From: Paramoeba atlantica
Lineage: Eukaryota; Protista; Discosea
Length of the DNA stretch: 64,000 bases
Assembly: GCA_977017575.1 (NCBI GenBank)
Contig: CDRNVI010000015.1
Span: 124,001 to 188,000 of the forward strand
Direction of reading: 5' to 3'
Within the stretch, counting starts at the first letter, position 1, and each line of letters starts with the position of its first letter. A program made the position numbers and the translations under genes. Of this stretch, positions 43,053 to 51,722 are shown one piece after another. Below the pieces are notes generated by a model that saw nothing but the letters and a program-made list of their open reading frames with translations, made no database searches and was not told the origin of the DNA.

Positions 43053-43401
43053 CTTTTTTCTGGAAAAATATTGTGAGCTACTTACAGGAAATTAGCCTTT
43101 CGTATAAGTAGCACTTACGTGTAATTACATGTAGTTGTTGTTAGTGTACTATAATATACACTGTAGTTATACAGCTGTTAGTGTGAATAAGCTATTATGA
43201 ATTCGCCAAAAGTAAGAAATACGAAACGTTCTTCTGTACTATGAACGCTTTTTAGTTTTAAAATATATTCAAAACCCTCAATTTTATGAATGAAAATGAA
43301 AAAAACGTGCAGTGGATTTAGAAGGGGTAGGAAAAAGAGCTAAGTTCTTTACTTCTTTTTTAGTTGTTTTCCCTTCAACTATTTCTCAAATTTTACTAAG
43401 G

Positions 43402-44358
43402 ATGTCGTCGCTGGAGCAACTGAAGTCTAGCACTCGCGTAATAGCGGACACAGCCAACTTTACTCTACTCGAACAGTACAAGCCGTTCGGAGCCACGACC
43501 AACCCGTCACTCATCTTACAGTGTGTGAATCTTGAAGAAAATGCCCTACTCGTACGTACGGCTGTGGACTACGCCCAGCGTAACTCTCCTGCTTCGGTTG
43601 TTGAAACATCACTTGATAAACTAACAGTGCTTTTCGGGTGTAAAATTTTGCAAAAGATCTCCGGACGCGTCAGTACGGAGGTCGACGCAAAGCTCAGTTT
43701 TTCAACAGAAAAATCAGTGGCGAAGGCACGACAACTCATTGCGATGTATGAGGAGGAAGGGGTGTCCCGTGATCGCGTGTATATTAAGCTCGCTGCCACG
43801 TGGGAGGGCATCCAAGCCGCCCGGGTATTAGAATCTGATGGTATTGCCTGCAACATGACGTTGTTGTTTTCTTTTGCTCAAGCTGTGGCGTGTGCCCAAG
43901 CCCGGGTGAGCCTGATCTCGCCTTTCGTCGGTCGAATTCTGGACTGGTTTAAGAAGCATGAAGGCCGAGAATCTTATCCCGCCAATGAGGACCCCGGAGT
44001 TTTGCGGGTAACAAAAATCTACAACTACTTTAAGGCACATAATTACGAAACCATTGTTATGGGGGCTAGTTTTCGCAACACGGAGGAGATAATTCAGTTA
44101 GCTGGTTGCGATTATTTAACCATTTCGCCCGCATTGTTGAAAGCCTTAGACGGAATGGACAAACCAGTACCCAGATTGTTGTCTGTCCAGGAAGCAAAAA
44201 TGAAGGCAGATCCTTTAATCCAAAGTTTTCTCACACAGGATGACTTTTTGTTTCTTCATAACGAGGATGCAATGGCGTCGGAGAAGTTAGCTGAGGGCAT
44301 TCGTTTGTTTAATCGCGATGCTAGAAAAGTTGAAGAGGTTATTCAAACATTTCTGTGA
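43402..44358 (+). CDS. TAL1: Transaldolase
   Basis: IADTANF, ATTNPSLIL, RVSTEVDA, YIKLAATWEGI, CNMTLLFS, SPFVGRILDW, MGASFRN; ATG at 43402. Confidence 0.98.
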   Translation: MSSLEQLKSSTRVIADTANFTLLEQYKPFGATTNPSLILQCVNLEENALLVRTAVDYAQRNSPASVVETSLDKLTVLFGCKILQKISGRVSTEVDAKLSFSTEKSVAKARQLIAMYEEEGVSRDRVYIKLAATWEGIQAARVLESDGIACNMTLLFSFAQAVACAQARVSLISPFVGRILDWFKKHEGRESYPANEDPGVLRVTKIYNYFKAHNYETIVMGASFRNTEEIIQLAGCDYLTISPALLKALDGMDKPVPRLLSVQEAKMKADPLIQSFLTQDDFLFLHNEDAMASEKLAEGIRLFNRDARKVEEVIQTFL

Positions 44359-44865
44359 ACATATATTTTAGGTGCGATGAGATTCCAGATAACCCCTTGA
44401 TGTGATAACCCGAGATTTAAGAGATGCATAATCTTCAGTTCTGAGCAGAATCAACGATTTCAGTGGGCTAGTATTGGGTATATTGGGCGTTGTTGCCTTT
44501 TTTCAATTGAGTACGCTCTAAATTCATACGCGTGCCATTGTTTATGTGTAGGGAAATCTACACCATGTAAGCTTGTACTCTTTGCAATTTCGTTTACTCG
44601 CATTGAGAACGTGCAATGTACTCGACTATTTCTCATGTAATAGTGGAGGGTGCAGACTTCATACAATGTACATCGAGTAATACGATTGGATTTTCTTTGA
44701 CTCTCTGGGCGAAATAATTCTATGGAAGGAATAATTTATGTACATTTAAGAATGACAAAGTCATGAGATACATTTACGTTTCTGCTCTCGCTCTGTCCAT
44801 GATATACCATTTGTGAAGTATTCTGCTTCTAATTTTTTAGTTCGAGTGTTTAATATTTTTCTGTA

Positions 44866-45324
44866 ATGCAATGCTCCAAAGAAGATTCCACGTCGGCAAA
44901 TGATTCGAATCCAACTGTTTGTGAGGAATTCGATGACGAAATTCTTTCCCAAAGAATCCTGTCCGAGAGTACATTGGAAGAAGTTGAAAGCATTCTACAG
45001 AACAATGAGCAAAAAATGGAATCCCTTCAAAGTGAGATACAAAGCCTTGTCTATCAAAATTACGATGGATTCATCGAGATATCCGACGTTTTATCAGAGA
45101 TAGCTGATTTGGCTCTAAAAATTGATGGCGAGGTCGTCTCTATGAAAGAATCTGTGAAAGAAATTTTTAATGGGGTTGGAAATCTTGAAAACGTGGTAAA
45201 AGGTCACGCAAACGACTTACATCAGGACAACAAGAATTTTACTATTGAGCCGAAAACGGAGCCTGATTCCGACACCGGCGATCAAGGGATACACGTAGAA
45301 ATACAAGAAGAGTTAAACTCATGA
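44866..45324 (+). CDS. Vps51-domain (CATCHR N-terminal coiled-coil) protein
   Basis: LQSEIQSLVYQNYDGFIEISD resembles the Vps51 motif MQ.LVYENY.KFI. Confidence 0.65.
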   Translation: MQCSKEDSTSANDSNPTVCEEFDDEILSQRILSESTLEEVESILQNNEQKMESLQSEIQSLVYQNYDGFIEISDVLSEIADLALKIDGEVVSMKESVKEIFNGVGNLENVVKGHANDLHQDNKNFTIEPKTEPDSDTGDQGIHVEIQEELNS

Positions 45325-45486
45325 AATTGGCTTTCTCTAGTCCAGGCGAAATCTGATGCTGTCCTGTCTCACAGCTGCCCTACTCCATACACTCTGTCAC
45401 AACCGAACTCACGTTCCGACGTGCGTAACATGTGAAAACATGTCTGCAGCAGAATACACAATATAGAAAATCTAGAGCTCTACATA

Positions 45487-47046
45487 CAGGGGTGCAAATC
45501 AGATGCTGGAGGGGGGGGTCTAAAATTAGCAATGTTTGCGCAATTTTGAAAAATAATAGCGCATTCGAGAGCTCTCGCAGAGATCTGTGTATTTGGATAG
45601 GCGGTTTCCCGGGGTGTAACGGGGTGGTCAACTGAGGAGAAGCCCAAAAACGTCAAAATGCAAAAAATGAAAGAAAAATTTTGTACGTTCAATAATTACA
45701 ACTTTCCCCTTTTTTTCTACTACTATGTCGAAACGCCGCGGAATGCTGTTTAAAGTGTTTATGAGCATGTCATGACCATCTGTTTTAATGTAATCAACCG
45801 CCTTTTCAATAGAATACAAAAGTTCAGTCCTATTTTCTGGGTTTGTACCATCTTTAATAAAGGTGTCCATGATGTCCCGAATGTTTTCAATAGGGTTAAG
45901 ATCTGGGGATTTTGGGGGAAAGTCTAAAACAAAGACTTGGTTTTCTCGAAAGGTTTTAAAGGTGCCATTGTGACAAGGATCATTACCCATGGCAACTCTA
46001 GTACCGCTATGACGCTTCAAGTAACTTAAGAAACCTCCCCTTTTTGTCATAGCTGCTTTAAAAACATTTGAAGTAATCGTAACTTTCCCATTTCTGTCCC
46101 TGTCGGGAAAGACGTGATAAAAAACTCCATAAATAAGGCTTATACCCATCCAAACGTTTACTCCATCTCCCCCAAACCATTTTTGCGCAGCTTTTAGGGG
46201 TGGCTTGGGGGGTCACTCGCTCGGCAAATGTAAGAACGGCTTTCGCGCCCAAGTTGACAAGTGAACTTTTTTTCGTCACACCAAATAATGTGACGAAGCT
46301 GTGCGACGGACCACTTCTGCATTTTCAGTGCAAATGTTAGTCGCTTGGCCTTGTGAACTTCAGTTAAGAACAGGCCTTTAGTAAAAGATCGTTGGATCAT
46401 CCCTTCGTCCTTCAAAAAATTTACTAGGGTCGGCCTGCTGCAGGAGAAACCACTTTTCCTAACCTCTCGAAGAATAAAACTCCACGAGGGACAACCTCGC
46501 GCACTTGTCGCGTTGGACGCGTCAATAATTTCGCGGCATGCCTCAAGAAGCTCCGGCGTTGTCACAGTGCGTTCGCGAGGAGGCGTAGCACGTTCAACAT
46601 CCCCGGTTTCCTCAAATCGCTTAACCCACAACTTAACAGTGCTGTCGTGGACGCCTTGTCTTTAGCAAGTGGCACTGTAAGAGTTTGTATTCTCGTGATC
46701 TTTAGCGAGAAGCATCCTGTGTGAATATTTTGTGTGCCCCGGGGGTTCATGTGATCTATCAGATAAGCTTTTACTGTTTTGCTTAGAGAGGGATCGCTTT
46801 TGCGGCATAATAGTGAGCTGAAAAACAAAAAAACACGGAAAAATCTGCAAAAATTGAAAAATCTGCAACGTTTAGGGGGGTAAAAAACCTTTAAAAAAAT
46901 ATCTTTTTCAAATTTGTTTTCTTTTAACGTGATAATAGCGCCGAAACATAGATCTCTGCGAGAGCTCTCGAATGCGCTATTATTTTTCAAAATTGCGCAA
47001 ACATTGCTAATTTTAGACCCCCCCCAGCATCTGATTTGCACCCCTG
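45487..47046 (-). mobile_element. Tc1/mariner DNA transposon, 1560 bp, ~100-bp TIRs, TA TSD
   Basis: TA|CAGGGGTGCAAATCAG...CTGATTTGCACCCCTG|TA; TIRs 45487-45586 and 46950-47046. Confidence 0.95.
45689..46808 (-). pseudogene. Decayed Tc1-like DDE transposase
   Basis: HTH GVHDSTVKLWVKRFEETG, WCDEKKF, GGDGVNVWMG, GNDPCH, PPKSPDLNPIEN; in-frame TAA at 46662-64 and frameshift at the G6 run 46207-12. Confidence 0.9.
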
Positions 47047-47408
47047 TATATTTACACATGTATTTACATGTATATTGAACGTAGTGGAAATTAACTGAAT
47101 GTAGATTAATACTGGATTGTCAGCAACATAAGAGTGTTTGACAGGTACATGGAAAGATCACATCACTTTGCATTCTTACAGCGTGGATTCGCGGCTTAGC
47201 CATCGCATAGGAGAGGGTTCAGTTCAGAAAGATATTGTGTATGATTGACAGCTATCTTCCGATGTTGGACATGCACAGAATCGCACAAATAACCCATATC
47301 ATCCTATATAAAGAGTAGCAAAAATATTAGTCTATTTATTACCTGGTTTTGTTCTTTTGTTGGATAGTTTTCCATTTTACTGTCGTAGTGCTGTATTCAG
47401 TCTATAAA

Positions 47409-47900
47409 ATGCGGAAAATCACCGCCCCACTTCTGGAAATTACTGAATTTTTCGTGCATAAGAGCGCAGTATACAGTATTAATGTTTTTAATATGATTTC
47501 CACTACCCTAACAGTTCGGCGAGCAAGAAAGACTAAATTACATCGAAAAATGAAACGATCACAAGATGACTTAGATGAAAATTTAGGAAAGGTGGAAAAC
47601 CGACTCTTCACGAAAGTCAGACACGCGGTAGAAACCAAAGTTCACATACCCCCTGAAGTTCTGAGAGGTATAATTACACCAGAATTACGTGCCTTAGAGG
47701 CGGACCTTTGTGGACATGAGCTTCAATCATCAAGCGCTGATTTAAGTAGTGTACCAACAGTGTATGTTGATGATAGCTCACCAAAGAATTACGCCATTCC
47801 AAGACGAATGATAAGGAGACGGAGAAATCTCTCTTGGCTACGGCTTCGAAATAAGAGATACACTGTTAAAGATGCACTAGGCTCTTTCAAAACTTTATGA
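47409..47900 (+). CDS. Hypothetical basic protein
   Basis: ATG at 47409; R/K-rich; possibly mitochondrial; no family recognised. Confidence 0.65.
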   Translation: MRKITAPLLEITEFFVHKSAVYSINVFNMISTTLTVRRARKTKLHRKMKRSQDDLDENLGKVENRLFTKVRHAVETKVHIPPEVLRGIITPELRALEADLCGHELQSSSADLSSVPTVYVDDSSPKNYAIPRRMIRRRRNLSWLRLRNKRYTVKDALGSFKTL

Positions 47901-48103
47901 ACATTTTCTATAACGAAGTCCATATGAGCGTCTAATACATTTGAAAGCAACGAAATAAATCCAATGGTACATCCCTCATAATGACCCTACTAACTCTCTT
48001 AAAAACTAATGTATTGCGGGACAACGTACACGTATTAAAGAAAAGCCTTTTTCACGCAAAAACATTTTTTTATTCCATGAAATCTTGACTTTGATCTAGC
48101 ATA

Positions 48104-49471
48104 ATGCGTGGTAAAAACTTTTATCAGTTCCTTCAACGCTCGGCACATGCAAACAAATGCATCAAGTCTGCACCTACGTCTATACCAGCAGTCTTTTCCA
48201 ACGTACCTCCTGTTTCTCTATATAGATCCACCGGAAGATTGTGTTCTGTTTCGAAAAAGAATGCTCTCTTTTCAATAAAGACAGATTCTAGCACAATTGC
48301 ATCTTTGCCCGCAATGGTTCGCTGCACGAAATGTGGACGACGTTTCACCACTCGGCAGGAACTTGAAACACATACTTATCGTAGTCATCCGCCAAGAACT
48401 CGGGCCGAACCTTCTACCGCTAAAGCTCAGGAAATTGTTTTCAAAAAAGAGCAGGAAGCAGGCACCACTTCGCATTCTACCGTTGCTAACAATAGCACGA
48501 CCACCTCCACTTCAGTACTGAATCGTGTGACATCAGTTCGAGATTTAAACGCGGCAAATGAGAGCGTGAAGCCAGCGAAAACGTCTTCTTCCAAAGATGG
48601 TAACACTTGCATTTTGTGCAATTTGCCGAATTCAAGCCACGAAGAGTTAAGCATACATAAAAAATCAATTGAACACCGCAACACTGCGCGCGATTACTTT
48701 GGTGGAGAGCATATTCTTAATTCGGATGGAGATATCGATGGACCATCTGAACTGGTTCAAGAGTTATTGCAGAAGATTCAACAAAGGAGGGTCCTTGAAA
48801 AAGAACTTTCGGAGTTGAGCACTGAAATTGGCGAGCGAAGTGCTGAAACACCTTCTCGTGTTGCGACGGATCTCTCACAAACTACAACTCCTCTGATGGG
48901 AATACCACTTTCGTATCCGTATAAGTTTGTGCCAGATTTTTCGCGAAGCCTGACCTCTGATAAGCCCAATGTAGATGTTACCAAGGAGTCTGCATCCTCC
49001 GAAGGGAGCTGCACCAGTCCGGGCACTGTAGACAAAAAGGACACATCCAGATTTACCAGCTTCGTGAATACGGCAACTCTTATTGGCACTGTACATCGAC
49101 AGATACTTTGCAGTTTTCGCGGTGGCGAGCCCTCAGCGAAGTTTTACGTACTCGTGCGCAGAAGTGTTTTGTCGTCAGGTCTTTCAGATGAATCATCGGA
49201 GGAAACTCAACGCAAAGCATGCGCTGAAAACGCGTCGCTCCCCCGAGTTATTGAAGAAGAAAGCTTCACGGTCGAATGCCGCGGAGAGCGTTGGTGCAAG
49301 CTCGTACAAAACTGTCTGTTTAGCGGAGTACTTGTTCATATACAGGGCCGACTTTCTATGCGTCCCCAGTTCCATGAAGAAGATGCCACTTACACTTACA
49401 ACGCTGTTGTAGAAGTGAATCAGTGCGAAGGCATAGTAACCGTATTGATGACGAGTGAACCAACAACCTAG
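48104..49471 (+). CDS. KREPA: KREPA-family editosome protein (two C2H2 fingers plus C-terminal OB fold; A1/A2/A3-like)
   Basis: CTKC..F..L..H...H, CILC...L..H....H, then VNTATLIGTVH...FTVECRG...GVLVHIQGRLSMRPQ. Confidence 0.85.
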   Translation: MRGKNFYQFLQRSAHANKCIKSAPTSIPAVFSNVPPVSLYRSTGRLCSVSKKNALFSIKTDSSTIASLPAMVRCTKCGRRFTTRQELETHTYRSHPPRTRAEPSTAKAQEIVFKKEQEAGTTSHSTVANNSTTTSTSVLNRVTSVRDLNAANESVKPAKTSSSKDGNTCILCNLPNSSHEELSIHKKSIEHRNTARDYFGGEHILNSDGDIDGPSELVQELLQKIQQRRVLEKELSELSTEIGERSAETPSRVATDLSQTTTPLMGIPLSYPYKFVPDFSRSLTSDKPNVDVTKESASSEGSCTSPGTVDKKDTSRFTSFVNTATLIGTVHRQILCSFRGGEPSAKFYVLVRRSVLSSGLSDESSEETQRKACAENASLPRVIEEESFTVECRGERWCKLVQNCLFSGVLVHIQGRLSMRPQFHEEDATYTYNAVVEVNQCEGIVTVLMTSEPTT

Positions 49472-49760
49472 ACTTTATGAGATTTCTACAGTTCTGATCA
49501 TGATTTTTCTGTCTTGTCGAGCGTCGGTTGGTAATTATTTCGTGCGAATGACAAAAAACTATCGCACATCAATAAAACAATTTTTCGCAAACGGATTCCT
49601 TTTTCGGTAAAATTAACTGAAGTAAAAGCGCTAATTAGTATTTCACGCTAAAGAAGGTTCCTTTAACATAAACTAGGTCATGTGTCTCTCGTAATTCCTA
49701 CATTCGGATCTCTCATCTTGTGTAGATCTCTCCCTATACATTTTACGCACTCTACCTCTT

Positions 49761-51302
49761 ATGTCGAACATACCCTCATATATGAGAGGTACAATGACCT
49801 CAAAATGCAAAGCGCAGGAGCAAAGTTTGCGAAGTAGCACATTACTTGGAAACAACAAGAGGGGAAACAATTCTTTGTCAAGGTCTTTTACCTTCACTCG
49901 ACCGAACTTTACGAAGCCACTTGACGTGCAGCAACAATGCAGTGAACTGAAAACAGGACAAAAGATCGGATTATATCCACTTTCTTCAGAGAGTGACACA
50001 CGCTATTTTCGTCGAAGAGGATGTCCCCAAGCGGATGGTATATCGAACTCCGATGCACATCATACAACACATATTCTTGATTCCGGGAAAGCGCCACTTC
50101 TGCCCGCATACATTGAGTCAACTACTCCTTTACCCGGTGATGTCCCACGAATACAAAGACGTCCTTGTCCTAGAGCCCGAACCACTCCTTGTGCTTCTCT
50201 TGTAGAAATTTCGGAAGGCCTTGCTACGAGCCGTAGTGATAGCTCTACCCATGCCAGCGGCCGCAGGTGCAGTTCCTCGAGCCGCAAGGCCTACTCTAAT
50301 TTATTGAGCGGTCCTCCGATCGTTGTTCCCCCCAACAATCATGTGGCTCCGCGTCCATATTGGGTACGTGGAAATGAGACCACACAGTCAGGCATGTCTT
50401 GCGGTCGCCGCAGCGCTCGATCCTGTTCGGTAACTCAAGTCGACACACGTCGGACGCTATTGTGTGGTGAGAGCGGCTCCGTGGGGCCTACCCCAATTCT
50501 ACCCTCTGTTGGTCGGCAGGACTCTACCAGTGTCAGCTTACCCGTTCGTACCCACCCTACATGCCGCTCTGCGCGTCAAAACTCCAGTAACCTACTTAAT
50601 TTCGTCCATGGAACGCCGTGCGCCTCGGATTCAACCCCCCGTGGAGGACTCCGTCGCTCCACCTCCATGTCCCAACCCCCTACAGCCCATGTGTTACAAC
50701 AACACATCGGCACCGAACCAGCACATCCCACAAACCCTACAACAGCAGCAGCACCAGCAGCAGCAACTACAGTCTTCACCCCCCTGACACGTCAACCCGT
50801 GGCTTCCCACCCCCAATCCGTACCTTCCCACCACCACCACCACCATCACCACAACAACAACCCCCTCCTTCCCGGAGCCTCCCCACACGATGATCCCACG
50901 CCCCGTCGCTTCTCCCTTCGCCCCATGTCCGGCCCCCCTCCCTTCACCCCCCCTCCCCTCCCCCCCCTCCGTCTCCCCAACCTGGCCATGAAACGCGCTG
51001 CCTCCGCGCGTCGAGGCGCCAGTGACGTGTTCCATTTCAAGGCGCCAGAGGCCAACGCCCGTGACCCGGTGGGGGGACGCGCCACGGGGCGTCGGTCGGT
51101 AGCGGGGAGAGGCCACGGGGGGAGGGGGGGTGACCCTGGGGTTTCGGGAGGGGGGAGGCACCCGGGGCCGTACAACGGCGCCCCGGCGTTTACGGTGAAC
51201 CTTCGCTCGTTTACGACGTTGGAGCCGTGGGGGAGGGGACGGAAAGAGGTGGGGGGAGGAAAGAGGTGGGGGGAGGGGGGGAAGGCGTATGGGTTTGGGT
51301 AG
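49761..51302 (+). CDS. Low-complexity Ser/Pro/Arg-rich hypothetical protein (3' frame uncertain)
   Basis: 513-aa ORF with a His run and C/G homopolymer tracts near the 3' end. Confidence 0.6.
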   Translation: MSNIPSYMRGTMTSKCKAQEQSLRSSTLLGNNKRGNNSLSRSFTFTRPNFTKPLDVQQQCSELKTGQKIGLYPLSSESDTRYFRRRGCPQADGISNSDAHHTTHILDSGKAPLLPAYIESTTPLPGDVPRIQRRPCPRARTTPCASLVEISEGLATSRSDSSTHASGRRCSSSSRKAYSNLLSGPPIVVPPNNHVAPRPYWVRGNETTQSGMSCGRRSARSCSVTQVDTRRTLLCGESGSVGPTPILPSVGRQDSTSVSLPVRTHPTCRSARQNSSNLLNFVHGTPCASDSTPRGGLRRSTSMSQPPTAHVLQQHIGTEPAHPTNPTTAAAPAAATTVFTPLTRQPVASHPQSVPSHHHHHHHHNNNPLLPGASPHDDPTPRRFSLRPMSGPPPFTPPPLPPLRLPNLAMKRAASARRGASDVFHFKAPEANARDPVGGRATGRRSVAGRGHGGRGGDPGVSGGGRHPGPYNGAPAFTVNLRSFTTLEPWGRGRKEVGGGKRWGEGGKAYGFG

Positions 51303-51722
51303 AGAAAGGGAGAGGGGGGGGGAGGGGGGGTAACGTGTAGGGGTAGTGAAAAGCAAAGGTGGGTTTGTTTTTTCTATGGTTGTTTGGATGGGTAGAATAG
51401 AGGAGAGTTGTGAATGGCTTGAATGTGGTAATATGGAGGGTATTTATCGTTCTAGATACTTATTAACTTTTGAAGTGTCAACGGGTATGATGATTCAAGT
51501 GATTTCAGAGACGCGCATGCGGAGTACATTACATGAGTAGTTATGTACATCCTTGAACTGAGTAGCCTACCATTGGAAGTACATGTAGTAGAGAGAGACA
51601 ATCTTCCGCTTGTAAATTACATGTTAACCCTTATGGTCATTGTTCGCTTATAAATATTAATAAGCTTTAACTATTAATATATATTCTTATCCTGGCAAAT
51701 TTAACTTTTCTTTTGAAGACTT

